From: Burkholderiales bacterium
GTDB taxonomy: Bacteria; Pseudomonadota; Gammaproteobacteria; Burkholderiales; SG8-41
Direction: 5' to 3'
DNA: 64,000 nt
Assembly (NCBI GenBank): GCA_043743335.1
Contig: JAYTWR010000083.1
Coordinates: forward strand, 29,371 to 93,370
Part shown: positions 35,045 to 44,642 of the stretch, in pieces
Layout: each line of letters starts with the position of its first letter
Numbering within the stretch: position 1 is the stretch's first letter
The notes under the pieces: generated by a model
What the model saw: only the letters and a program-made list of their open reading frames with translations
Databases searched by the model: none
What the model was told of the DNA's origin: nothing
Translations under genes and position numbers: made by a program

Positions 35045-36556
35045 ATGAACATCCCGAACCACGTTGACTTGCTCATCGTCGGCGGCGGCATCAACGGCGT
35101 GGGCATCGCGCGCGACGCCGCCGGTCGCGGACTAAACGTGTTGCTGTGCGAACAGCACGACTTAGCGCAGCACACGTCCTCCGCCAGCAGCAAGCTTGCG
35201 CATGGTGGCTTGCGTTATCTGGAGCAATACGAATTCCGGCTCGTACGCGAATCACTCGCCGAGCGCGAGGTGTTGCTACGCGCCGCGCCGCACATTGTTC
35301 ATCCCATGCGCTTTGTCATGCCGCACGTGCCCGGGCTGCGCCCGGCCTGGATGATACGCGCGGGGCTTTTTCTGTATGACTGGCTAGCGCGCCGTGACAC
35401 CCTGCCCGCCTCGCATGGCATTGACCTGCGCGCGGCTCCGTATCACAGCGGCCTCAAGCCGGGCCTCACGCAAGGCTTTATTTATTCCGACTGCTGGGTA
35501 GACGACGCACGCTTGGTCATCGCCAATGCACGCGCCGCGGCTGATCTGGGTGCCACGATATTGACGCGAACCGCCTGTACCACGGCAGAGCGCGAGGGTG
35601 CCAACTGGGTAGCCACAGTGCAAGCGCCGGGCTTGCCAGCGCAGCGCATCACGTGCCGCGCGCTGGTCAACGTCACCGGTCCTTGGGCCAAGACATTCAT
35701 CAATCAAAACATGAGCTTATCTACCACCTTTGGATTGAAGCTGGTCAAAGGGAGTCACATCGTTGTGCCGAACCTCTATCACGGTGAGCACGCCTTCATC
35801 TTGCAAAACGACGATCGACGTGTCGTCTTTGTCTACCCGTACGAAGGTCACACGCTGATCGGCACCACCGACGTCGAGCACACCGGTGACCCGGAAAACT
35901 GCGAAGCCAGCGCAGAAGAAGTCGCGTACCTTTGCCGCGCAGCCAACCGATATTTTTCCCGTGAGCTAACCCCCGCCGATGTGTTGTGGCGTTACAGCGG
36001 CATACGCCCCCTCTTCGACGACGGCGCAAAAAACGCCTCGCAAGTCACCCGTGACTACACCTTGCGCGTCGATGGCGACGCCAATAGGGCCCCGCTCCTA
36101 TCCGTGTTCGGCGGTAAAATCACCACCCATCGTAAACTGGCTGAACAGGCGCTGGAAAAACTCGCGCCGTGGTTCCCGCAACTGACGCCGCCGTGGACCG
36201 AAACCACCCTGCTACCGGGCGGTGCCCTCAACGGCGCATCGCTCAACGCCTACATCCAGCGGCTTTGCGCCGAACGCCCCGCCATCCCCCAGCAGCACTT
36301 CGAAGCGCTGGTTCACCGACATGGCGACGCCACACCCACTGTCTTGGGCGATGCCACCACGCTCACCGATTGCGGAGAATACTTCGGCCACCACCTCTAC
36401 GCCAACGAAGTCGACTACCTCAAAGAGCGTGAGTGGGCGCTAACAGCAGACGATATTTTGTGGCGTAGAACCAAGTGCGGCCTGCATGTAAATCCGCAAC
36501 AGAAACAAGCGCTTGTGACCTACATCACAGACCGCGCCGCAGCCGCTGTGCGATAA
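35045..36556 (+). CDS. glpD: Aerobic glycerol-3-phosphate dehydrogenase (FAD)
   Basis: 503 aa. [26 protein letters not shown] fold and [23 protein letters not shown]. Confidence 0.9.
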   Translation: MNIPNHVDLLIVGGGINGVGIARDAAGRGLNVLLCEQHDLAQHTSSASSKLAHGGLRYLEQYEFRLVRESLAEREVLLRAAPHIVHPMRFVMPHVPGLRPAWMIRAGLFLYDWLARRDTLPASHGIDLRAAPYHSGLKPGLTQGFIYSDCWVDDARLVIANARAAADLGATILTRTACTTAEREGANWVATVQAPGLPAQRITCRALVNVTGPWAKTFINQNMSLSTTFGLKLVKGSHIVVPNLYHGEHAFILQNDDRRVVFVYPYEGHTLIGTTDVEHTGDPENCEASAEEVAYLCRAANRYFSRELTPADVLWRYSGIRPLFDDGAKNASQVTRDYTLRVDGDANRAPLLSVFGGKITTHRKLAEQALEKLAPWFPQLTPPWTETTLLPGGALNGASLNAYIQRLCAERPAIPQQHFEALVHRHGDATPTVLGDATTLTDCGEYFGHHLYANEVDYLKEREWALTADDILWRRTKCGLHVNPQQKQALVTYITDRAAAAVR

Positions 36557-36564
36557 TTCTTGCC

Positions 36565-37926
36565 ATGATTCTCAACGTCGTCATTTTGGCTGCGGGTATG
36601 GGCAAGCGCATGCACTCCAACTTGCCCAAAGTGCTGCACTTATTGGCAGGTCGCCCGCTTTTAGCGCACGTGCTCGACGCCGCACGGGCGCTGTCGCCGG
36701 CAAAAATCATCGTCGTCACGGGCCACGAAGCCGCCTTGGTGCGCGACGCGGTTGCCGCGCCGGATGTCGTTTTTGTGAATCAATCGCCGCAACTGGGCAC
36801 CGGCCACGCGGTACAACAGGCGCAGCCCGAACTCCTCCCCGGCGGCAAGACGCTGGTGTTATTGGGCGACGTGCCGCTGATTCAGCCGGCGACCTTGAAA
36901 CCGCTGACCGACGGCCCTGCCAACCGTGTTTCCATGATGACGGCGCAACTCGACAATCCGCAAGGCTATGGCCGTGTGGTGCGCGACGCGCGCAAAAAAG
37001 TGAAATGCGTGGTCGAGCACAAAGACGCCACACGCGCGCAACTAAAAATCAGCGAAATCAACACCGGTATTTTTTGTTACCCCACCGCTAGACTCGGCGC
37101 GTGGCTGGGCAAGCTCAAGAACAGCAACGCGCAAAAAGAATATTACATTACCGACGTATTGCCGATGGCGATCAAAGATCGCGTCGCGGTAGAAGGCGTG
37201 CTGTGCAGCGACGCTTCGCAAGTCGAAGGCGTCAACAATCGCGCGCAACTCGCGCAACTGGAGCGTGTGTATCAGCAGCGCAATGCCACGCGTCTGCTGG
37301 AAGGCGGCGTCGCAATCGCCGACCCTGCGCGCATCGATGTGCGCGGCGAGCTCACCTGCGGCAAAGATGTTTTCATCGACGTCGGCTGCATCTTCGAGGG
37401 CAAGGTGCAATTGGGGGATGGCGTGCGCATCGGCGCACACTGCGTGTTGCGCGATGTGCAGGTGGCGAACGCCACGCAAATCGAACCGTTTTCGCACTTG
37501 GTGCAGGCGCAAATTGGCGTGAACTGCCGCATCGGCCCGTATTCACGCATACGCCCCGGTACCGTGCTCGCCGCAGACGTGCACATCGGTAATTTTGTCG
37601 AAGTCAAAGCCAGCGACATCGGCGTGGGCACCAAGGCAAGTCATTTGACGTACATCGGCGATTCCACCGTTGGCCGCAACGTCAACGTCGGTGCCGGTAC
37701 TATCACCTGCAATTACGACGGGGCCAACAAGCACCGCACTATTATCGAAGACGATGTGTTCATAGGCTCCGACACGCAATTGGTCGCACCGGTAACCGTG
37801 CGGCGTGGCGCAACCATCGGCGCTGGCGCAACCATTACCAAAGAAGCGCCTGCAGGCCAACTGACGCTGTCGCGCGCGAAGCAGGTGTCGATACCCGGTT
37901 GGCAACGACCGGTCAAAAAACGATAG
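36565..37926 (+). CDS. glmU: Bifunctional UDP-GlcNAc pyrophosphorylase / GlcN-1-P acetyltransferase
   Basis: 453 aa from ATG 36565 ([25 protein letters not shown]) with a C-terminal hexapeptide domain. The track start at 36475 overlaps glpD. Confidence 0.93.
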   Translation: MILNVVILAAGMGKRMHSNLPKVLHLLAGRPLLAHVLDAARALSPAKIIVVTGHEAALVRDAVAAPDVVFVNQSPQLGTGHAVQQAQPELLPGGKTLVLLGDVPLIQPATLKPLTDGPANRVSMMTAQLDNPQGYGRVVRDARKKVKCVVEHKDATRAQLKISEINTGIFCYPTARLGAWLGKLKNSNAQKEYYITDVLPMAIKDRVAVEGVLCSDASQVEGVNNRAQLAQLERVYQQRNATRLLEGGVAIADPARIDVRGELTCGKDVFIDVGCIFEGKVQLGDGVRIGAHCVLRDVQVANATQIEPFSHLVQAQIGVNCRIGPYSRIRPGTVLAADVHIGNFVEVKASDIGVGTKASHLTYIGDSTVGRNVNVGAGTITCNYDGANKHRTIIEDDVFIGSDTQLVAPVTVRRGATIGAGATITKEAPAGQLTLSRAKQVSIPGWQRPVKKR

Positions 37927-37967
37927 ATTATTCAGCGGCACCACCCAACCTCTGATCGAGACCCACT

Positions 37968-39809
37968 ATGTGCGGCATCGTCGGCGTGGCTTCCACGCGC
38001 AACAGCGTTGATATCCTCATCAGCGGCATCCAGAAACTGGAGTACCGCGGTTACGACTCCACCGGCATTGCGTATGTCGCTGGCGCGCATCTGGATCGGC
38101 TGCGATCCACCGGTCGCGTCGCGCATCTCGACGCGCTGGCGAAAAAGAAAAAAATCACCGCACTGACCGGCGTAGCGCACACGCGCTGGGCCACCCACGG
38201 CGTGCCGTCGGAGGTCAACGCGCATCCGCATTTTTCTCAGCGTAACGGGCTGGAAATCGGCATCGTGCACAACGGCATCGTCGAGAATCACGAAGCGCTG
38301 CGCACGAGCATGAAGGCCAAGGGTTACCGCTTTACCTCGCAGACGGATACCGAAGTCATGGTGCACCATGTGCATTCGCTGGTAGCCGGTGGTTTGACAC
38401 TGTTTGCCGCTGTAAAAAAAGCCAGCGCGTTTTGGGAAGGCGCTTATGCGGTCGGTTTTATTTCTAACTGCGAGCCCCAGACAGTCATCGGCGCGCGCAA
38501 AGGTTCGCCGCTGCTGGTGGGCTTAGGCAAGGACGAGAATTTTCTCGCGTCCGACGCCAGTGCCATCCTCGCGCGCACGCGCGACATGGTGTACTTGAAC
38601 GAAGGCGACGTGGTTGAGTTGCGCCCGGATCGCGTCATCATTTGCGACGCGACCGGCAAAACCGTCAAGCGGCCTGTCACCAAAAGCCAGCTATCCGCCG
38701 ATGCCAGTGATTTGGGCAAGTTCCAGCACTACATGCAAAAAGAGATTTTCGAGCAGCCGGGCGCGCTCGCCAATACGCTAGAAATGGTGATGACGGCACG
38801 CTCGTTACACGCCAATTTGTTTGGCGCAGCCGCCGAAAAAATATTCAATAAAATCAATAACATACTGATATTAGCCTGCGGCACGAGCTACCATTCCGGG
38901 CTGGTGGCGCGCTACTGGCTAGAGGCCATTGCTGGCATTCCCACCAGCGTGGAAATTGCCAGTGAGTACCGTTACCGCGATTCGGTGGCGACGCGCGGTA
39001 CGCTGGTGATCACTATTTCGCAGTCGGGCGAAACGGCCGATACCTTGGCGGCGTTAAACCACGCCCAATCGATGGGATTGACCGACACGCTCACCATTTG
39101 CAACGTGCCGGAATCGGCCCTGATCCGGCAATCGAAGCTGCGATTCCTCACGCGCGCCGGGCCGGAAATCGGCGTGGCCTCGACCAAAGCCTACACCACG
39201 CAACTGGCCGCGTTGTTTGTGCTGACCTTGGTGCTGGCCAAGCAACGCAAGCGCTTGAGCGCGAAACGCGAAGCCGAGTTGCTGACGGCGCTGCGTCATT
39301 TGCCGCGTGCGATGGAAACAGTGTTGTCGATGGAACCGAAAATTCGGGCGTGGGCCAAGCGCTTCAAAAAACGCTATCACGCGCTGTTTCTGGGGCGTGG
39401 CTTGCACTACCCCATCGCGATGGAAGGCGCGTTAAAGCTCAAAGAGATTTCGTACATCCATGCCGAAGCCTACGCCGCCGGCGAACTCAAGCACGGTCCG
39501 CTGGCGTTGGTGGATAAATATATGCCGGTAGTGGTGGTTGCGCCCAATGATGTGTTGCTGGAAAAACTGAAATCCAATTTACAGGAAGTGCGCGCGCGCG
39601 GCGGTGAGTTGTATGTTTTTGCCGACCGTGGCGCCCATATCAAAGCAGTGCCGGGATTACACGCGCTCGAATTGACCGACCACGCAGGGCCGCTGTCGCC
39701 GATCTTGCATGTGATTCCGCTGCAACTGCTGGCTTACCACGTGGCCTTGTACAAAGGCACCGACGTGGATAAACCGCGCAATCTCGCGAAGTCGGTCACG
39801 GTTGAATAG
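37968..39809 (+). CDS. glmS: Glutamine-fructose-6-phosphate aminotransferase
   Basis: 613 aa. MCGIVG N-terminal nucleophile, two SIS domains, C-terminal LAKSVTVE. Confidence 0.97.
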   Translation: MCGIVGVASTRNSVDILISGIQKLEYRGYDSTGIAYVAGAHLDRLRSTGRVAHLDALAKKKKITALTGVAHTRWATHGVPSEVNAHPHFSQRNGLEIGIVHNGIVENHEALRTSMKAKGYRFTSQTDTEVMVHHVHSLVAGGLTLFAAVKKASAFWEGAYAVGFISNCEPQTVIGARKGSPLLVGLGKDENFLASDASAILARTRDMVYLNEGDVVELRPDRVIICDATGKTVKRPVTKSQLSADASDLGKFQHYMQKEIFEQPGALANTLEMVMTARSLHANLFGAAAEKIFNKINNILILACGTSYHSGLVARYWLEAIAGIPTSVEIASEYRYRDSVATRGTLVITISQSGETADTLAALNHAQSMGLTDTLTICNVPESALIRQSKLRFLTRAGPEIGVASTKAYTTQLAALFVLTLVLAKQRKRLSAKREAELLTALRHLPRAMETVLSMEPKIRAWAKRFKKRYHALFLGRGLHYPIAMEGALKLKEISYIHAEAYAAGELKHGPLALVDKYMPVVVVAPNDVLLEKLKSNLQEVRARGGELYVFADRGAHIKAVPGLHALELTDHAGPLSPILHVIPLQLLAYHVALYKGTDVDKPRNLAKSVTVE

Positions 39810-39843
39810 CCCGCAAGCGCGGCGCGATCCTGCACGGAAAAAA

Positions 39844-39869
39844 AGCCACCGCGAAGGTGGCTTTTTTTG
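39844..39869. terminator. Bidirectional rho-independent terminator between convergent glmS and dsbA-like genes
   Basis: AAAAAAA-AGCCACC-GCGAA-GGTGGCT-TTTTTT. The stem is flanked by an A-run and a T-run. Confidence 0.85.
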
Positions 39870-39904
39870 CGGCAGCGACAATGGCGGCGTGGCGACGCTG
39901 AAAA

Positions 39905-40561
39905 TCAGGCCTTCTTGCGCCGCTCGCGTACGAGGGTGATCAGACCATTCACCGTCGGCATCACGTTTTTAAGTGAACCCGCCTGCCCGCCGCCGGTTTG
40001 AAAGCGGCCATCAATCACCAAAACCGGCGTGCCGCGCACATCGTAATCGCGCCCGAGCTCCACCGCCCGCACCACATTGTTGCGAATGCCTTGCGAGTTA
40101 TAAGCCTCGTCCCACTTCGCCCGCTCGATGCCGTTGGCCTCGGCCCATTTAGACCAGGCGTCAGGGTCGGTGCCTTGCAAACGGTCTTGATGAAAGGCTT
40201 CGAATATCTTGGCGTGCAGCCGGTCCGCTGCGCCGACGGCCTCCAGCGTGTAATACAAATGCGCTTCCGGCACCCATTCCTGGCGCAGAATAGCCGGGAT
40301 GCGGCGCATCACCACATCTGCGGGTTTGGTTTTCTCCCACTCAACAATCAGCGGCATAAGCTGAAAGCAATACGGGCAACCGTACCAGAAAAAATCGATC
40401 ACCTCGATCTTGTCCGTGGGCGCCGTCTGCGGCGTAATGGCGCGATAGCTTTGCTCGAACGAGCGCTCCGGCGTTTGTGCCGACGCGAACCGGCTAAGCC
40501 CGGCACCGAGCGCACCCATGCCCGCAGCTATCGATAACACCGTACGTCTAGAAATGGTCAT
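39905..40561 (-). CDS. DsbA-family thiol:disulfide oxidoreductase with CPYC active site and twin-arginine-like signal peptide
   Basis: 218 aa. FFWYGCPYCFQL. The N-terminus MTISRRTVLSIAAGMGALGAGLSRFASAQ has an SRRxxL motif, an h-region and ASA. Confidence 0.8.
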   Translation of the reverse strand: MTISRRTVLSIAAGMGALGAGLSRFASAQTPERSFEQSYRAITPQTAPTDKIEVIDFFWYGCPYCFQLMPLIVEWEKTKPADVVMRRIPAILRQEWVPEAHLYYTLEAVGAADRLHAKIFEAFHQDRLQGTDPDAWSKWAEANGIERAKWDEAYNSQGIRNNVVRAVELGRDYDVRGTPVLVIDGRFQTGGGQAGSLKNVMPTVNGLITLVRERRKKA

Positions 40562-40583
40562 GATTTGCTCCCCTTACTTGCGT

Positions 40584-41270
40584 TCACTTTCCTTTGCGGC
40601 TGGCGCGCGCCATCGCGATCAATTGGTCAACATTCTTGAAAAAAGTTTCATAATCCACAGCATTGGATTTTGTCGACGCCATATGCGGCGCGATCAAGTA
40701 GCGACCCTCTACGGCAATCGACGGGGTGCCTGATACGCCGTAAGCGGAAGTGGTGTCGATCAAACGGTTCGCTTTGCTGACCACGGAAAATGAATTGTAA
40801 GCGTCGGTGAATTTCTTCTCGTCCTGCTTTTGTGCGCCCACCCAAGCAAACAGTAATTTCGGGTCTTTTAGCATCGCCTTGGGGTCCAGCTTTTTGGTCC
40901 GGTGTATCGCGGTGAACACTTCGGGATGCAAGGTATCCAAAGCGCCGATGGTTTCGATGGCAAAATACGTACGCCCCAACTGTGTCCACGATTCATCAAA
41001 CGCGGCCGGCTGACTGCGAAACGCCACGTCAGCAGGTTTGTTCTTGAGCCAAGCTTTCAGCGACGGCTGCAGTTGCGAGCAATGCGAGCAGCCGTACCAG
41101 AAGAACTCGATCACCTCAATCGACTTGCCCGGCGGGGTGGGTTGCGGCGGGGTGATCGCCTGATAATCTTTGCCTGCCGTCAATTGCGCTTGCGCCGACA
41201 CGCCGCTAAACGCGACCACCGCGATCACTGCGGCGGCGGCCAGTTTCCAAACGTGCTTCATGCTGCGCAT
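40584..41270 (-). CDS. dsbA: DsbA-family thiol:disulfide oxidoreductase with CSHC active site (Sec-type signal)
   Basis: 228 aa. FFWYGCSHCSQL and signal peptide ...AFSGVSAQA. Confidence 0.8.
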   Translation of the reverse strand: MRSMKHVWKLAAAAVIAVVAFSGVSAQAQLTAGKDYQAITPPQPTPPGKSIEVIEFFWYGCSHCSQLQPSLKAWLKNKPADVAFRSQPAAFDESWTQLGRTYFAIETIGALDTLHPEVFTAIHRTKKLDPKAMLKDPKLLFAWVGAQKQDEKKFTDAYNSFSVVSKANRLIDTTSAYGVSGTPSIAVEGRYLIAPHMASTKSNAVDYETFFKNVDQLIAMARASRKGK

Positions 41271-41364
41271 GCTGACTCCTGTGAAATGGGTGACTGCTTG
41301 GGCGACGCGTGGCCTGTCGGCGCTGCGTCGACCGTAACTTTACGGCTGTACGGGTTACTTATCG

Positions 41365-42006
41365 TTACTTATCCGCCTCGCGCACTTTGACCAGCGCGAC
41401 TTCAATACCGTTCTGGGTAAGAACGCCCCGCACCCGATTCAGTTCCTCGATATCGGAATACGGCCCCACGCGCACCCGGTGCCACACGCCCTTTTCCGGC
41501 AGCGTGCGGGTTTGTATCGATGCCTCAATGCCCAGCAAGGCCAAGCGGGCTTTCAGATTATCGGCCTCCGGCGCATTCTGGAATGAACCCGTTTGCAGGA
41601 AAAACGTTTCTTTGGCCGCGGGCGTTGACTTGCCCTCTGCCGCTTTGTCGGCTTTGTCGGCTTTCTCTGCGGTGGGGCCGTCGCTCTTGGCGGGCTCGGT
41701 TGTCGCGGATTTGGCTTTATCCGCCGCTGTATCAGTACTCGCCTTTGCCGTGGGGTCTTTCAGCGGCTCAATCTTGGCGGCGTCTTTCGCCGGCGTATCC
41801 GCTTTGGCCGCCGGTGGTGGCAAGGGCGCTTGCGCCTTTTCGCGGAACGGGTTCGGCAGTTTGTTGATATACCAAGCCACGCCTAAGGCAATGGTCAGCC
41901 CCAGCACCAGCCCGATCAAAATGCCGAGAAACGTTGAACCGCGATGCGCGGTGGCAACGTCCCGGTTGGCATGCTGGGCATTACGTTTGAGTGTGGATTT
42001 ACGCAT
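41365..42006 (-). CDS. SPOR-domain cell-division/peptidoglycan-binding protein
   Basis: 213 aa. N-terminal TM, an Ala/Lys/Pro-rich linker, and a C-terminal SPOR domain (FFLQTGSFQNAPEADNLKARLALLG...WHRVRVGPYSD). Confidence 0.8.
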   Translation of the reverse strand: MRKSTLKRNAQHANRDVATAHRGSTFLGILIGLVLGLTIALGVAWYINKLPNPFREKAQAPLPPPAAKADTPAKDAAKIEPLKDPTAKASTDTAADKAKSATTEPAKSDGPTAEKADKADKAAEGKSTPAAKETFFLQTGSFQNAPEADNLKARLALLGIEASIQTRTLPEKGVWHRVRVGPYSDIEELNRVRGVLTQNGIEVALVKVREADK

Positions 42007-42015
42007 GAGCGTATC

Positions 42016-43815
42016 TTACATTTTTTCCGGTGCGCTAACACCCAACAGCGCAAGCCCGTTAGCCAGCACCTGCCGCACCGCACCCGCCAGCGCCAGCCGT
42101 GCATCACGCTCGGCCGTGTTGTCGGACAAAAACCGTACATTGTTGTAGTAACTGTGAAACAGCGCCGCTAAATCCTTGAGATAAAACGCAATCAAATGCG
42201 GCGACAATTCGCGTGCGGCCAAACTCACCAGCTCGGGAAACTCCGCCAGCTTTTGCAGCAGTTCGAGTTCGGCCTCAGCGGCGAGTGGCGACGGATCCGC
42301 GCCCGCCAATGTGGCTGCGTCGCCGCCCGCTTGCGCAAACTGCGCGTACACACTGCACACCCGTGCATGCGCATATTGGATGTAGTAAACCGGATTTTCG
42401 TTGGTGCGCGACTTCGCGAGATCAAGATCAAAATCAAGATGCTGATCGCTTTTGCGCAGCACATAAAAAAAGCGCGCCGCATCGTTGCCGACGTCACCGC
42501 GCAGCTCACGCAGCGTGACAAATTGCCCAGAACGGGTGGACATCGACGCCTTTTCGCCGTTTCGATACAGCACCGCAAACTGTACCAGCGCCACCGTGAG
42601 CTTCTCTGCATCCAACCCCAGAGCGGTGAGCGCGCCTTTAACGCGCGGGATATAGCCGTGGTGATCCGCGCCCCACACATCGATCACGCGGTCAAAGCCA
42701 CGCTCGAACTTGTCGAGGTGATACGCAATGTCCGAGGCAAAATAGGTGAACTGGCCGTTCTCACGCTGCACCACGCGATCTTTTTCGTCGCCAAATTGCG
42801 TTGAGCGAAACCACTTTGCGCCATCTTTCAAGTGGATGAATCCGCGCTGCTCCAGCGTGCTCATCGCGCGCGCAACGCGCGCACTGTTAAACAACGAGCG
42901 CTCGGAAAACCACGCATCAAACGTCACGCCAAACTCGGTGAGATCGTCGCGGCAATCATCGAGCTGCGTTTTGAGCGCATGCGCGTGTACGGTGGCGTAA
43001 TCGGCGCCGAGCAACACTTTGGCTTTGGCAATTAAGGCATCGAGATGGATTTCGCGCGCGGCTTTTGCGGCATCATCCTGCAGCGCAGCATCCGGCAACG
43101 GCGGCACGTCCCGCAGCACGTCGTCCGCGCTGTGCTTGTATTGTTCGCGCGATAGCTGCTGTGCCATATCGCGCACGTAGTCGCCCTGATACGCGTTTGG
43201 CGGAAATGGCACGAGCTGATGGTGTTGCTCCAAATACCGGAGCCACGTCGATAGCGCCAGAATATCCATCTGCCGTCCGGCATCATTGACGTAATACTCG
43301 CGCGATACGGTATAGCCTGCCGCCGCCAGCACATTGGCGAGGCTTGCACCGTACGCCGCGCCGCGCCCGTGCCCGACATGCAGGGGCCCGGTGGGGTTGG
43401 CGGACACAAACTCCACCTGCACCTTTTGCTGCGCGCCAGCCGCGCTGTCGCCAAAGCGCGAACCTGACGTAAGTATTTGATTTATAACGGCTTGTTTAAA
43501 CGACGTTTGCAGAAACAGATTGATAAATCCGGCCCCGGCCATCTCCGCTTTCGCCAACAACGATGATGCCGGTAAGCCCGCTAGCAGTTTTTCGGCGATA
43601 TCGCGTGGCTTGGCGCGCAGCGCCTTGGCCAGTTGCATCGCAACGTTGCAGGAGAAATCGCCGTGCGCGGCCTGCTTCGGGCGCTCCAGCGTAATGGTCA
43701 CGCCGCTAGCGTCGGGCGCGACCGCTTTGAGCGCTGCGGTCAGTAGCTCAATCAGCGCGGTTTTCGCGTCGGGAAAAGGGGGGGCGCTCATGATCGCAAG
43801 CATCGCATCCGTCAC
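42016..43815 (-). CDS. argS: Arginine-tRNA ligase
   Basis: Class I aaRS. HIGH-type motif PTGPLHVGHGRG and a C-terminal anticodon-binding domain. The start is uncertain (GTG 43815, ATG 43803 or 43791). Confidence 0.93.
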   Translation of the reverse strand: MTDAMLAIMSAPPFPDAKTALIELLTAALKAVAPDASGVTITLERPKQAAHGDFSCNVAMQLAKALRAKPRDIAEKLLAGLPASSLLAKAEMAGAGFINLFLQTSFKQAVINQILTSGSRFGDSAAGAQQKVQVEFVSANPTGPLHVGHGRGAAYGASLANVLAAAGYTVSREYYVNDAGRQMDILALSTWLRYLEQHHQLVPFPPNAYQGDYVRDMAQQLSREQYKHSADDVLRDVPPLPDAALQDDAAKAAREIHLDALIAKAKVLLGADYATVHAHALKTQLDDCRDDLTEFGVTFDAWFSERSLFNSARVARAMSTLEQRGFIHLKDGAKWFRSTQFGDEKDRVVQRENGQFTYFASDIAYHLDKFERGFDRVIDVWGADHHGYIPRVKGALTALGLDAEKLTVALVQFAVLYRNGEKASMSTRSGQFVTLRELRGDVGNDAARFFYVLRKSDQHLDFDLDLAKSRTNENPVYYIQYAHARVCSVYAQFAQAGGDAATLAGADPSPLAAEAELELLQKLAEFPELVSLAARELSPHLIAFYLKDLAALFHSYYNNVRFLSDNTAERDARLALAGAVRQVLANGLALLGVSAPEKM

Positions 43816-43925
43816 GCAGCGATGCGAAAAAATCCTTTAAAAACAAAAGATTCTATCATGCCAACGATCCACGACGTGGCGCCAAATTGCCGCGCGGCAG
43901 TATCCCGCCAGAGAACCGCACACCG

Positions 43926-43970
43926 GGCAAAACAGGCAGCGCTACGCAACCACGCTGCCGATGTTTTGCC
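43926..43970 (-). terminator. Long composite hairpin downstream of the P460-like gene
   Basis: GGCAAAACA-GGCAGCG / CGCTGCC-(GA)-TGTTTTGCC gives 16 bp in two helices. No clear U-run follows, so the terminator call is tentative. Confidence 0.4.
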
Positions 43971-43987
43971 GAATTTAGTTCAACGAC

Positions 43988-44563
43988 TTAGTAGCCCTTC
44001 ACCGCTGGCGCACCACCGGTCTTGCGCAGTTGGAAATACTCGTCATAGCGGTGCACAAAGTCTTTGGCAGCACCCAACGGCAAGTGGCAAGAGCGGCAGG
44101 CCACAATTGGGTCCGGCGCTACGGTTTTGCTGTCGGCCATGAACGCGGCGTAAATCCAGTCGCCGTTGGCGAGGCCCGCGGGTGCGGATTCGCCCCAGCC
44201 CGCGTTTTTGCCCATCACAAACACTTTCAGCAATTGGTCTTTCACCATGCGCCCATCAGCGCCTTTGGTGGGATTGCCGCTGGCGTCCAGCTTGGCGGAA
44301 TGAAGCTCCATCACCGAAACCGTGCCGTTGGCGAACGAGCCGCCAGCGGTTGCGCCAGCGCCAGTGGGGTTGATATAAATGTCGCGAATTTGTTTGACCT
44401 CGGGCCGCTGCACGCCGGCCAAGAACACCGGCCACGATTTATAGCCAGCGGGCACCGCGAGCTCGCCGTCTTTGAGTTTTGCCACAGGCTGCGTGGGCGT
44501 TTGCGCGCAACTGGCCATAAACGCAGTGGCGACTAACAGTAAACCAAGTTTCGGCAGCTTCAT
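43988..44563 (-). CDS. Cytochrome P460-family haem lipoprotein
   Basis: 191 aa from ATG 44563, with AGGAGA 6 nt upstream. Lipobox LVATAFMASC. Single C-terminal CxxCH (CRSCH), as in cytochrome P460/c'-beta proteins. The track extension to 44725 has no support. Confidence 0.7.
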   Translation of the reverse strand: MKLPKLGLLLVATAFMASCAQTPTQPVAKLKDGELAVPAGYKSWPVFLAGVQRPEVKQIRDIYINPTGAGATAGGSFANGTVSVMELHSAKLDASGNPTKGADGRMVKDQLLKVFVMGKNAGWGESAPAGLANGDWIYAAFMADSKTVAPDPIVACRSCHLPLGAAKDFVHRYDEYFQLRKTGGAPAVKGY

Positions 44564-44642
44564 GAACATTCTCCTGAATGGTGAAAAGTCTTTTAACGAC
44601 AAGCATGCTATCACGGCATGCGCGTGGTGTTCGACAGCGTCT

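Noticed and set aside
41309-42148. Long ORFs antisense to, or out of frame with, confirmed genes. Examples: 41309-42148 plus, 20811-22157 minus, 23668-24408 minus, 34474-35193 minus, 51654-52526 plus, 52684-53493 minus.
   Set aside because: They overlap strongly supported genes (SPOR/argS, yidC, mnmG, atpC/glpD, gltB). They have Arg/Ala/Pro/Gly-rich low-information composition and no motifs. These are typical shadow ORFs of high-GC DNA.
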